Below, one piece after another: positions 52,001-62,617 of a DNA stretch of 64,000 bases; position 1 is the stretch's first letter; each line of letters opens with the position of its first letter. The notes under the pieces are model-generated. The model searched no databases. It saw only the letters and a program-made list of their open reading frames with translations, and was not told where the DNA came from. Made by a program: the position numbers and the translations under genes. This DNA comes from Balanoglossus misakiensis (taxonomy: Eukaryota; Animalia; Hemichordata), in the NCBI GenBank assembly GCA_040954595.2, contig CM082577.2:10069846-10133845 (forward strand), written 5' to 3'.

Positions 52001-55000
52001 GGTCAACGTCTGCTAATGTCTACGAGGCTCTGGTCGAAAGAGATCGTCATTCCAGTGGTTTCAGCAAGGAGGTGATGTTCATCCAACTCGGGAAGCAGTG
52101 CTGTGAAGACATGGGGCTTCAACCCGAGCGGACGATTGATGTCGAAATCCAGTTTCTCATAAATCGCCTGCCATTTTCTCGTCAACACTACGCACTTGAT
52201 GCCTTGACGTCGGAAAAACTGAGGTTCCTCTTCCCTCGCTTTGGTCCGCAAGAAGATGACAGGAAGCAAAAACTTAAGAAAGTTGCTGGGTTGGAGATGA
52301 ACAGGAACCAACTGAGAGCTGTCAATTTGATAACTGGAAAGGGTACAGCTGGCATGAGTCCTCTCCTTATCTATGGACCATTTGGTACTGGCAAGACCTT
52401 TACCATTGCGATGACAATTAAACAGTTGGTCACCAAGCAAGCCGATGCAAGAGTACTAGTCTGTACTTTGTCAAACAGGTACAGTATTATTTTTATCATT
52501 TACAAGTTGTCTCTGATGTTACATTAAGCTTGCATGGGGAATGTTATCGTTACTTTGAACTTAATTATGTATGTACATGTATTAAGCTGGCTGTATTAAC
52601 CTGCAGAATTAGTGTTATCATTGGACTCATGCTAATAAGCACCAGAACCACCATCTGAGATTGTGGTAACTTAAATGTAGATAGTGAGTTAAATTTGCAT
52701 AAACATTGGTGAAAAATTAATTTTTGTGATATTTGAATAAAATCTTGCACTTAAAAGTAGTTGCTCGAAAAAATGTTGTGCAGGTGGCTTTTATACAAAA
52801 AATGACAGAACCATTCTTTTTTCCATGTTTGCAGTGCTGGAGATTTGTATATAACCCAGTATTTCAATGAAATGGTCCGGGCAGGATGTCAACAACTGAA
52901 ACTTCTCAGAATATATACTGGATCCCGTCGAACAGACACAATCCCATTAGTAATTGCTGAAAATTACTTACTAGGAGACGTCAAGGGAGACACACAAGAG
53001 GTGCATCTACCCACACCGGATGACGTCACAGATATCAAGAAGCATTCTGTTGTTGTGACAACGCTTGCAACATCTGCGCTGTTGCAGCAGATTGGTTTAG
53101 AAGGCCATTTCACTCACATATTCATTGATGAGGCTGGTCAAGCACTTGAAACAGAAGCAATCATGCCAATCACTCTAGCTGGTCAAAATACAAAGATCAT
53201 ACTCGCTGGAGACCATCGGCAGATAAGCCCAGAGGTATGCATTAATTAGCAAGAGAAGCTATTTTTCACTGTTGTGTTAAAATTGGCGACTTGTACCGGT
53301 ATAAAGGTGTTGCTTTGTTGTTGTTTTATTATTATTGGTGGAAGACAGCATCATGTAACTTTAAATTATATTTCCTTTAGTAACAAATAGGGTCCACAGG
53401 CCCATATGCAGATGGTAGAGCAGAAATTCAGCTGTAATATTGTTTCCATCTTTATTACACTTACAGGTCTACTCCAAATATGCACAGCAAAATAAATTCA
53501 ACCACTCATTGCTGACACGACTATATAAACTCTACATGGACAGTGGAACTCAAACTGACCGGTATCGCATATTGTTGGATGAAAACTATCGATCCCATGA
53601 AGATATCTTGACGTTTATATCACTTCTTTTTTACGGGAAAGAGTTGATCGCCTCTTCAAAACCACCCCAGAATCGCCATCCGGAAATATATCCGCTGGTA
53701 TTCTACAGTGCTTATGGCGAAGAGCAACTTGTGGGGACATCGTATCACAACAAAGCTGAGGTGAGAAGTTTCTGCCAACAAGCATACTGTCACAGGGACT
53801 GCTTCTTTGACATAAACAGGAGCAAATAATGCAAGAAAATTTGTGAAACGTGATTCTGTGCAACCCAGGGTAGTTTCATGCACTCAAAGCCACGTTAATC
53901 ATTGTATTCTTTTTATTTTCATTTTAGGTTGATGAACTCGTCGAAAGAGTTCAGTGGCTGTGTCATAACTGGCCAAAGGAATGGGGACAAAGGGAACTAA
54001 GTCACATAGGTGTTGTATCACCCTATGCTTCTCAGGTATGACAAAAATTGAACGTTGTTGGCCATGGTCCTTCTTATTAGCAGGATTATGATCACTCTTT
54101 TTGATTTATATCTTTCAATTGCAAATGTAGACATTATTGAAAATTGATTGGTTAAATTTGGTCAGATGGCGGGGCAGTGCCCACTGACATTGTGTCCGCT
54201 TTTGTAGGTTCAACAGATCCGGAAAAATCTTCGCAGAGTGGGTCTCAAGGAAGTGACTGTGGAAAATATCTCAAATGTTCAAGGTAGTAGAAGAATCCAA
54301 ATGCACAATTTCAATAGTATTTATTTCATTTTCTTGCATACATGTAGCTTTCATCTGAAGAAACACAAGATAGATTTCACAGTCCTTTATACATGCACTT
54401 ATGTGCCACATCAAAATGCTGAATCAAGAACTTAAGGCATTTTGTTCAGTCTTAAAATCTTGCATTTGTAACTGTTAAGGTGTTTTAACAAATTTACACA
54501 TTTAATATGTATATTGCTGTTTTTGAATGATGCCAATTTCTATCTTAACTTGTATTGCATTCATTTAAACTTTTACTGACAGGTAAGGAATTCCGTGCTA
54601 TGTTCATAAGCACTGTTCGGACACAGAGAGGTGACATGACTGATGATGCTGGTGGAGCCTTGAATCTAGGATTTTTGACAGATAGGAAGTTGCTCAATAC
54701 AGCTTTGACACGTGCTCAGTCTTTGGTCGCAGTCGTTGGTGATCCTGTTGCCCTGTGTTCCATCGGTAAATGTGCAAATATCTGGAGAAGGTTCATTAAA
54801 ACGTGTGACAAAAACAGGAGCATACACCCTGACACGGTTACTCTGCAGAGTATCGAACAGCAGGTGATGTCTAAACACGTCAAGCTAAATCCGGCTGCTG
54901 TCGAGTTCATTCCAAGGAAGAAGAAGAATGCGGAAGAGCATGACGGTGCTCAAGCTGGAAGTGACAAAACCAGCCGGGAAACTCGTGTACAAAGTGCACA

Positions 55001-58000
55001 GTTTGGTCAGGCTCAGGGAGCAAGGTATGATTTCAAGAGTCCAGCCAAGGAGATGCCACCGGGCAAACCCTCTAGCACAGAAGCACCCACCGTGGAAGAA
55101 GTCAGTTTCTTCAATGAGAGCCTTCTTGAATTTGATGAGTGGGATTCAGATGATGAAGATGCACTGGAATCGTTGGACATGGACGAGATACTGCAAGAGT
55201 TAGCTCGACAGTTGGATGACACCAGGAAAAGGTACAACGAAGGGAGAGATCTGGAAGATGTTGTGGAAAGTGGTGAAGAATCAGACGGCGCAGAATCAAG
55301 ACGACCCGGTCTTAATTCCCGAAGAGATTCAAGCCATCGCGAATTGCTCTCTGACACTGGCAACCAGAGGCGACAACGACAACGCCTTGGTGCTGACCAC
55401 GATGAAGATTATGATTCTGACAGTGATGATTATATGTCGGATCCCTATGAAAATGAAAACCTAGAAACAGATGAAAGTACTCTAATCAAAGAATATGGTA
55501 AAGAAGCTCTCGGAGATATGATGTCATCAAATCCAAATGTCAACAAGAGGTGTAAACTGTACATAGAACCCAGCAGAACCTACGCTGTCACTCTCGATGA
55601 AACCGAAGGTCGGGAGATTGAAATAACAACCAAGCTCAAGCGAGGCAGAGCTCTCAATAACGACGAAGTGGTTGTTGAAATCCTCAACAGTGAAAATGAC
55701 TTCCCTGATGGAGATGAAAGGAGGGAAAAAACGTATGGCGGAGTTATTGGCATTTTAGAGCGGGCTGTGGAACCGAGACTGCAGAAGATAGCGTGTGTGC
55801 TAGACGAATATTCCCCAAATCTCATGGCACCCCTCAACAGAAGCCTTCCCAAGATGATATGGATTCACCCCGGCACAAAACGTCGTTCGGCATACTCTAT
55901 TCCAATCTGCTCCTTCACAAAAGGAGGCAACATGAACGTTAAACGCTATGAGAAAGTGACCAATGAAGATCGTCCAAATAAGGTGTTCTTGGTAAGATAC
56001 TTGAGATGGGAACCACGTTATCGCTATCCAATATGCGTGGTTATTGACGTCTTTCCGTGTGGAGACACCCTCGCAACTGGCACTGCCATACTGAAAACGG
56101 TGTACGGGGTGAAGGCAGACTACAAGACAGCGACAAAACAAGAAACGGCACAGAAGTATCCTGACGACTGGACAATTCCACCAGCGGAATTCAAGCATCG
56201 AGACAATCTGCAAGACTTGGACGTGTTCACCGTAGACCCAGCAGAGTCGACAGACCTTGACGATGCCCTGAGCGTGGAGGTGGTTGGCGATGGCCAATAC
56301 AGAGTCGGTATCCACATAGCTGATGTTTCGTTCTTTGTGCATCCTGAGAGTGAATTGGATAAAGAAGCTCGCCGGAGAGCAACTTCTCAATATCCATGGA
56401 AACAGACGCCAATACACATGCTCCCACCTCAGCTAAGCACCAAGCTATGCAGTTTACTTCCTGGCGAACCACGGCTTGCCCTGACCCTGTTCCTGACACT
56501 CACAGAAGATGCGCAAATATCAAATCGTGAAATCCGCCGGTCAATCATCCAATCAAAGGCAAAACTGTCGTATGAACAAGCAGAGCAGGTGATCAGTGCT
56601 GGCGAAGGCATAGCGGGCATGCCGGAGTGCCTAATGCAAAGTATAATCACCTTACACATGTTGACGAGAAAACTAAAATCATACCGTCTGGGTGATGGAA
56701 GATTTTGTTCCCAATATGAGAGCGACGATGACGTCACAAGCTCGCCAGAAGCGCACTCCATGGTTGAAGAACTGATGTTGCTGGCCAATATGCAAGTGGC
56801 AAATGTACTCGTGGCAGAATTTCCTCAGTGCACACCCCTTCGGCGTCAGAAGCCCCCAGAGGATGACAAGTTGACCACGTGGAAGGCGAAACACGGTAGC
56901 CAGATTCCAAACAGCCTCAATATGGCAGTGAAGTCAGAGCTACTTCAGCTGCAAGACTTCCTGCAACCTGGACAAGGGGCTGATGTAGATGTTCTGGCTG
57001 CAGTGTGGATAGAGATAGTAAAAGCCGTTCAATTTGGTGACATGGCTCAGCTGCAGAAGCTCCTTTTCAGTGATCAGAACCATCCGCAGTTAGCGGTGAT
57101 GTTGGCCAATTATAACCAGATCCAGGCACGAGCTATCTACATATCGTCTAACAGCACACGTGAAGAAAGGTCACATTTCTCGCTGAATGTACCCGAATAC
57201 ACCCACTTCACTTCACCAATAAGGAGATACATAGACGTGGTCGTTCACAGATTGGTGATTGCGCACCTGACATCACAGAAGCCACATTACAGCGATGCCG
57301 ACATCGTGGACATATGCAAACACTGTAACCAACAGGCTGCCCAAGCCAAAGAGTTCGAACGGGCCACAATGGTGTTGCATGTTGCCACTGCACTGAAAGG
57401 GAACCCAGCACGCACTGTTGCATTTGTTGAATCTGCGTCCGGTGACGACATAGAACTGCACGTCCAAAAGTACAGCAGGCGAATTGGCTCCGCAGAGCGG
57501 ACAGTAAAGCTCAGCACCCTTAAACCGAGTGAGCAACCAGTTATCAAAGAAGAAAACATCGCTGTAGCGCTGGAGTGGAAAGAAAGGATTTATGAAAATC
57601 GTGCAGGCACTGATGCAGAAACTGATCAACCCAGAATCGGGCGCATGCACAGTGCAACAGGTGTTCTTTCCTCAGATAAATGGGTAAAACACATCCCTGG
57701 GAGTTTGTGGCGGGAAATGATGGCCTGCGTTATTGCGGATGACGCACCGAAACTGCGGACTGTCTTGCATAGAATCAGTATGATTTTAAACAATCCACCA
57801 AGAGGGATGCTGCAGGGAGTTGGTGACCAGACAAATTCCATTACCGAAGTAATCGAAGAAGAAATCGGTCCAGACACTGCCGATCACGGAAGACATTTCT
57901 GTCGTTTCAAACGTACTTACTCTTGTGGTGACGTTGTCGAGATCCAATTATCAACTGGTATGAAGAGAGGCACACTGTGCCCAGCCATTCAGCTTTTCAA

Positions 58001-61000
58001 CCTAACCCCAAAGCTGGACTTCTGTGTCGAACACCGCAGCAATCCTATTCAGTGTTTCGCCGAAGTTGCCAATGAAAGAACCGCCATATTGAGAAACAAG
58101 CCGGACATCGAAGCCTATCAGAGAGTTTGGCTGAAGCTCATTGCTATGGTCTCGGCTTACGCTGCAGTCAGAGGTGGCGAAACTGTGACGATTCACGACG
58201 TGGGAATCCGGTGGTCTCGATGCAATGACAGTGCTCGCACTTTTGAAGGCATCTTCCGTTTACCAACAGCTTTCTGTATGACCAGGAAATTAAAGTTTTA
58301 TGGAGGCAGAGTCGAAGAAAAGGATCTCAACAGGCACTATGACTTCTTTTGCGTACGGTATCAGATGCTTCATGAAAGTACTGTACCACATAATCCAAAG
58401 GGAAATGCCGCTGACGACAGACCACACGGTTACTGTTGGGTTGGTCACTGTGTAGCAACTGCTGTGACAGAAAATCAAGAATTCACAGAAGTCCATATCA
58501 AGCTGAACCAGAGCAAATGTCATATACCTGACAAGCTTCTTCGTCAAAATCCAAACAGGTTACTACCTTGCACTATGGAATGGATTCCTCAAACAATGCC
58601 TGACAGGTATGTATTCTGGAATCTAAACACACAACTTTCAGAGCACTTTATCCATGGGCATACAGTACACTGCTTGGCAAGAACATTTATTTGAAGGTGC
58701 ATTTCTTTGAACACTGTTTCAATGATAATCTTCGGCAAAATAGTGAAAATAACAGGTATCTGTCTGTTTATTAGAGTACACTTGTGGGTTTTGAATGAAT
58801 GAATGCTTGTAAGTTCGTACATAGTCGTGTTTGGTTCTCTGACCACAGAAGTCAGAAGTAAATTGTTTCCAAAAAAGTATTTCCATTGAAGCATGGATGG
58901 TGACAGTGACCGAATCATTAGAAATGAAAGATGGTGTTCACATTCATTTTATGCATTATATTTTAGCATAGTTCATGGAGCCATGGAAAGATTAACAAGG
59001 GCATCGAAATTTGTCATGGATATCTGCAGTGGACAGAAGATAACAATGCCTGGTAAGAATGCCGTATTTGGCAAGACTATATGAAATTATCTCTTTGCTG
59101 GAGACTATCAAGACTTGACACTTCCTTTTTGTGAACTCTACTACCGCTAGAAAAGATGCTCTGTGTGTTGCATTGTATTTAAATATGATTGCTATGATTA
59201 TATTACGATTTTACAGACAACGCACTAGCTCTGACAGTTCATGACACAGAGATCAAGACACACCCGCGACCATTCTACAAACTGAACCCTGTCCAAGATC
59301 AAGCAGTCAGGACAGCTTTGAGCAAACCATTTACGCTGATTCAAGGACCGCCAGGTAAATTTGATACCGAGTTTTTTCTAGATGTTAAGTTAATTTCATA
59401 CTTATTTTATAGTATTGCTTTAAAGTTAAAAGGAATAAATGTGAGAGAGAAAAGTTTTGTAATTTGTTATTCTTTGTGCTTCAGGAACTGGCAAGACGGT
59501 CACTGGTGTACACATAGCGTACTGGTTTGTTCATCTCAACAGGCAACTAGTGGGCCAAGGACAACGACAAATTATATACTGCGGTCCATCAAATAAATCA
59601 ATCGACGTGGTCGCAGGTAGGTATTGTCTAACTATGTGAATTTATATACTGGCTAGCTTATAGATACAGTCAAATCCCTGTTAGTGGCCACCCCTATATA
59701 GAGGTCTCCTCTATATAGTGCCCACTTTGTTACAGTTCCTGTGCAATTCACATGTGCATTAATTAACCTCTGTATAAAAGCCACCTGTCTATAAAGGCCA
59801 GTTTAGGAAAGTCCCTTGACTCGCCACTATAGAGAGGTTTGACTGTATTGCTATGTGTCAATTGTAGATCCAATTGATTATGTTAGCTGGTACGCCATCT
59901 CTCGTGTTTTGATAATACTGGTACTTTTAATATAGGTTTTTTTCAATATCGCCTTTCAGCATATTTGAAGAAGGTGGGGCCATCGCTAAAAATCGTGAGG
60001 GTGTACAGTAGAAACATTGAATGTCAGAGCTTCCCAGTTCCTGGAATGCTTCAGTACCAGCGCAGTGGAAGTGAGGCAACTATGGCAACAGACCTCAAAG
60101 ATGTGGCATTGCACTATCTCATCCGAAAGCCATCGAATCTGCATCACCGAAGGTTGAAAGAGTTTGATGCCATGTTCCGACAAGAATCTTACAAACCCGA
60201 GGACGTCAGCGATTATCTTGGCCTTGTTGAGGATGCAGAGAAGCTGGAGTTTCAAAGAAGCGACATCATTTTATGCACATGTGTTACCGCCGGAACACAG
60301 CGAATTGCAAGAGGTACACAAATACAGCAATGCATTGTGGACGAGTGCGGCATGTGCACCGAACCGGAAACAATTGTTCCCTTGGTAACAACCAAGCCGA
60401 AGCAAGTAGTACTGATCGGAGACCACAAGCAGCTCCGCCCAATCGTCACAGAAGACATCGCGAAAAAGTTGGGGATGGAGATATCGATGCTCGAGAGATA
60501 TGAAAAGAAGACGATGATGTTAACATCACAGTACAGAATGGTGAGACACTCATAGTTATATGGGGCAAACGTGTAGGGTATAGATTTATATCCAAATTTA
60601 AGGTGCTTTTGTAAGAATTGCAAGCAAGAACCTTTATATAAATCTCGCTATGGTACCTTGAACTGACCCTGCTCATTACAATATACTGATCTCAGATACT
60701 TTAAGTTAATCTAACATAAATGTCAGCACATATAAAGTAAAACATAACATTGCATACCATAATATTACTTTATAGTTTCCTCCCTAGATCCTGTCCAGCA
60801 CATTGAGGAATGAGCTCGCATTGAGATGCCCGTACCTAATATTAAAATACGTGTTCGTACCTTTATAGCATCCTGGCATTTGTGAATTTCCATCTGACCA
60901 GTTCTATGAGGGCAGACTGGAAACAGCAGAACAGGTGCTACAGCGACCACGTGGTCTTGACGTATGGCCAGGTGGAGCACAGAACCCAACTGTGTTCTGT

Positions 61001-62560
61001 CATGTTGTCGGCACAGAAGAACGACTGACGGTGTCTACTCCAGAAGGTGGAGAACAGTCACGAAGCAACCTAGAAGAAGTTGAGCAAGTTGTAAGTTAGG
61101 ATTACTTGGAAAGATAGAAATGTTTCTGTTGACATGCGATAAAATTTCATCGCTGTACATTTTCCCCTAAGGCTCATTTTGGCATCATTGTTTTCCGTCA
61201 CTGGTTGAATACCAGTACACTTAAATATGGTTTCAAAGTACTGTTTATCATGACCAGTTTAATGTCCATGGCATCTGAATTAGTTTATAAAGGTTTAGAG
61301 TGGTTTTAGTTAATGAGTAATGAGATATCTCGTGTAAAAACAGTGTGTTCTGTTACATTATTGCAATACAATTGGTGAACATGGTCTTTATTTATTCACG
61401 TTCGGATTCCAGGTGCGTATCGCCCGGACATTGGTGAATCGTTATGGTGTCAACCCTGCCTCCATCATCATCCTGTCTCAGTACAGAGCACAGTGTTCAA
61501 AAATAACAGAGAAGTTAATGGCTAAAGGTCACCAAGATATAGCTGTCAGTACAGTTATTGTCAGTCAAGGTGAGGTTAATATTGTGCGAGTGTGATGGGG
61601 TTCGGGTGGATGGGGGGGGGGGCAATTTGTATCTCTTGGTAAGGTGCCATTTGCTCTCAAGTTACAGCATTCTTACACCACTTATGCACCTATTTATGCC
61701 TTCCACCCCTCAGTTCGCTCTTTAGAGGTCCAACCCTACCATAGAAAACAATGGGTTTGGACTGAACCATGGTGGTGAAAGGGTTAAAGAGAGAGTTGGA
61801 ATTGACCGAGCCCTGAAAAGGGGACAAGTGTAAAACTCATTCAGTGCCACCAAAGTACCATCCATAAATCATTTGACTAATACACACTCCTATATGATGG
61901 CAAACTCTTACAGGGAGCGAGTGGGATTACGTCATTTTCTCCACTGTGAGATCTCTTCCAAGAATAGAAATCGAGGAGAGGCCATCCCAGGGCTGGTTGC
62001 TAAGCAACCTCGGATTCATCACGGATGAACATCAGATCAACGTGGCAATAACCAGAGCTAAACGCGGATTGGTTATCGTAGGTAAGTAAACGAACACATC
62101 TGACCAGTCACTACAAGTACACACGTGACGTCATAAGTTACCCTTTCTGTACCATGGTTTGGTCCAATTCCATATTGCTGTCAACGGCAATGCTGGACCT
62201 CTATACAAGGAAATGGGGTGAAATATCACATTTAAAAATGGAACAGATGATTGTCTTGAAAACAAGATAGAAGGGAGCAAATTTCTTTTGATCTTTTTTA
62301 CAAATCGATGAAACTTTTCAGATACAGAAAATGGTGCTCTGAAGGAAGTTAATGCATCAATTCAGAGCATTTATATTTGATGGTGTTGACAAATAAATTA
62401 TTTGATAAGTGTTGTTTTCCCGGTTATTTTTGCAGGAAACAGAGAACTACTGACAACACATACGATGTGGAGACAGTTGCTGCGAAAGTATGAAGAGGAT
62501 GGATGTCTTGTAAATGCTGGGGAGTTTCTACGCCTGCCACAGAATCCATCCAGAAATTGA
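43038..62560 (+). CDS. HELZ2: ZC3H7-like (TPR + zinc fingers)::HELZ2-like dual helicase/RNB exoribonuclease; 30 coding exons, about 3641 aa
   Basis: Hand-assembled GT-AG exon chain with consistent phases (10,926 nt including the stop). Motifs: GPFGTGKT/DEAGQ/GDHRQ (helicase 1), LNPAAVEFIP (PAM2), DPAESTDLDDAL and YTHFTSPIRRY (RNB), GPPGTGKT/DECGM/GDHKQL/NVAITRAK (helicase 2). The N-terminal exons are less certain than the helicase/RNB exons. Confidence 0.85.
43381..43700. repeat. Intronic tandem repeat, 110-bp unit x about 2.9
   Basis: tatgttggtgacaaaggtcaacagcc...ctggtctacatttctggtt starts at 43381, 43491 and 43601. Confidence 0.95.
43813..43846 (+). CDS. HELZ2: HELZ2-like exon 2 (SSKRKIIPKQE)
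   Basis: tttatctttcag acceptor, gtaacc donor; PKQE continues into the ZC3H7-like helix. Confidence 0.6.
44058..44264 (+). CDS. HELZ2: HELZ2-like exon 3, TPR (LKEEGNELLQESQFIEACKNY...LCNRAECLLQIG)
   Basis: Classic TPR consensus, AG/GT bounded; absent from the ORF track. Confidence 0.85.
44552..44905 (-). mobile_element. 5'-truncated LINE (Rex/Babar-CR1 group) 3' end in intron 3
   Basis: SHPAFHQFSLLQSGKRYRSIATKSELHRKSFYPSAVRQLN is the typical ORF2 C-terminus (DUF1891-like). On the minus strand it is followed by a 3' UTR, AATAAA and a short (TGAAA)n tail. Confidence 0.8.
45017..45059 (+). CDS. HELZ2: HELZ2-like exon 4, TPR (DEDSVRQALQDCNV)
   Basis: ttttctag/gtaaga boundaries; ALxDC TPR motif. 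Confidence 0.75.
45298..45422 (+). CDS. HELZ2: HELZ2-like exon 5, TPR (WAIYRKARALKKLGRFGEA...CPK)
   Basis: TPR consensus; phase-consistent. Confidence 0.85.
45804..45914 (+). CDS. HELZ2: HELZ2-like exon 6 (NKQVSELLREINEL...)
   Basis: cag/gtgggt boundaries; TPR capping helix. Confidence 0.75.
46142..46441 (+). CDS. HELZ2: HELZ2-like exon 7
   Basis: ttcttctcag/gtgagc boundaries; 300 nt open. Confidence 0.75.
46453..46546. mobile_element. Short piggyBac-like MITE (copy 1)
   Basis: TTAACCCTTTCACC...; shares agaggtccaacc..accgtagaaaaacaatgggtttggactg.accatgg with 61698-61787. Confidence 0.65.
46791..46959 (+). CDS. HELZ2: HELZ2-like exon 8 (low-complexity linker)
   Basis: ttttag/gtaagc boundaries; open, phase-consistent. 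Confidence 0.7.
47219..47338 (+). CDS. HELZ2: HELZ2-like exon 9 (linker)
   Basis: cttttcag/gtaaaa boundaries; phase 1-1. Confidence 0.65.
47612..47796 (+). CDS. HELZ2: HELZ2-like exon 10 (linker, ...DDDDGTDWITVTPKK)
   Basis: aag/gtgaga boundaries; open, phase-consistent. Confidence 0.7.
48006..48084 (+). CDS. HELZ2: HELZ2-like exon 11 (linker)
   Basis: gacag/gtaagt boundaries. Confidence 0.7.
48267..49469 (+). CDS. HELZ2: HELZ2-like exon 12, ZC3H7-like CCCH zinc-finger region
   Basis: THDFSLACRQCY...WKKIRPR...C-x8-C-x6-C-x3-HSEEEIDFWTRER; a second finger ends CANPHSMEEMKMW. Confidence 0.9.
49818..50136 (+). CDS. HELZ2: HELZ2-like exon 13, C2H2/U1-type finger (CEYCKKHCNS...QHFKSSKH)
   Basis: Zinc-finger motif and WTHRPPP. 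Confidence 0.9.
50304..50487 (+). CDS. HELZ2: HELZ2-like exon 14, CCCH finger (CPYGECTYAHSSEELEEW)
   Basis: HELZ/ZC3H7-type AHSxEELxEW motif. Confidence 0.9.
50764..50886 (+). CDS. HELZ2: HELZ2-like exon 15
   Basis: ttttag/gtaagt boundaries; LSESIENVNV...WRFKI. Confidence 0.85.
51008..51504 (+). CDS. HELZ2: HELZ2-like exon 16
   Basis: FGSFHQWVVFDFGFEPVL and NYIHQMHRLLNVEE, HELZ-family motifs. Confidence 0.9.
51810..52478 (+). CDS. HELZ2: HELZ2-like exon 17, helicase 1 Walker A
   Basis: LIYGPFGTGKT; VLVCTLSN. Confidence 0.93.
52835..53234 (+). CDS. HELZ2: HELZ2-like exon 18, helicase 1 Walker B
   Basis: FTHIFIDEAGQ; LAGDHRQ. Confidence 0.93.
53467..53760 (+). CDS. HELZ2: HELZ2-like exon 19
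   Basis: SLLTRL; LDENYRSH; LFYG. Confidence 0.92.
53928..54035 (+). CDS. HELZ2: HELZ2-like exon 20
   Basis: WPKEWG...IGVVSPYASQ. Confidence 0.9.
54208..54283 (+). CDS. HELZ2: HELZ2-like exon 21
   Basis: VQQIRKNLRR...VENISNVQ(G). Confidence 0.9.
54583..58606 (+). CDS. HELZ2: HELZ2-like exon 22 (4024 nt): end of helicase 1, PAM2, acidic linker, RNB exoribonuclease
   Basis: LNTALTRAQS, LNPAAVEFIP, TVDPAESTDLDDALS, VGIHIADVS, MVEELMLLAN, YTHFTSPIRRYID. Confidence 0.95.
58967..59052 (+). CDS. HELZ2: HELZ2-like exon 23
   Basis: ttttag/gtaaga boundaries; phase-consistent. Confidence 0.85.
59217..59354 (+). CDS. HELZ2: HELZ2-like exon 24, start of helicase 2 (LNPVQ...LIQGPP)
   Basis: Q motif and first half of Walker A. 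Confidence 0.92.
59485..59616 (+). CDS. HELZ2: HELZ2-like exon 25 (GTGKT...YCGPSNKSIDV)
   Basis: Second half of Walker A; motif Ia. Confidence 0.92.
59665..59847. mobile_element. Tc1/mariner (Tigger/pogo-like) MITE in an intron
   Basis: TA-CAGTCAAA...TTTGACTG-TA; same family as 6321-6470. Confidence 0.8.
59960..60540 (+). CDS. HELZ2: HELZ2-like exon 26, helicase 2 Walker B
   Basis: IVDECGM; LIGDHKQLRP; QYRM. Confidence 0.94.
60869..61090 (+). CDS. HELZ2: HELZ2-like exon 27
   Basis: HPGICEFPSDQFYEGRL...SRSNLEE. Confidence 0.92.
61413..61569 (+). CDS. HELZ2: HELZ2-like exon 28
   Basis: ILSQYRAQ...VSTVIVSQ(G). Confidence 0.92.
61698..61787. mobile_element. Short piggyBac-like MITE (copy 2)
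   Basis: Ends GGTGAAAGGG-TTAA; homologous to 46453-46546. Confidence 0.65.
61914..62081 (+). CDS. HELZ2: HELZ2-like exon 29
   Basis: GSEWDYVIFSTVRS...LGFITDEHQINVAITRAKRGL. Confidence 0.94.
62138..62223. mobile_element. Diverged inverted copy of the short piggyBac-like MITE (copy 3)
   Basis: accctttt..accatggtttggtcca...ggacctcta..ggggtgaaa resembles the reverse complement of 61698-61787. Confidence 0.5.
62436..62560 (+). CDS. HELZ2: HELZ2-like exon 30 (last coding exon)
   Basis: GNRELL...MWRQLLRKY; TGA at 62558-62560. Confidence 0.9.
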
Positions 62561-62617
62561 TGAGGGAATGCAGAATTCATACTCAGTTATTTAAAGCGTA
62601 CTTGGGCCAAAATGTAG

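Noticed and set aside
54555-58694. 1379-aa ORF as a stand-alone or bacterial RNase R gene
   Set aside because: Bounded by splice sites (54583 and 58606) and in phase with helicase exons on both sides
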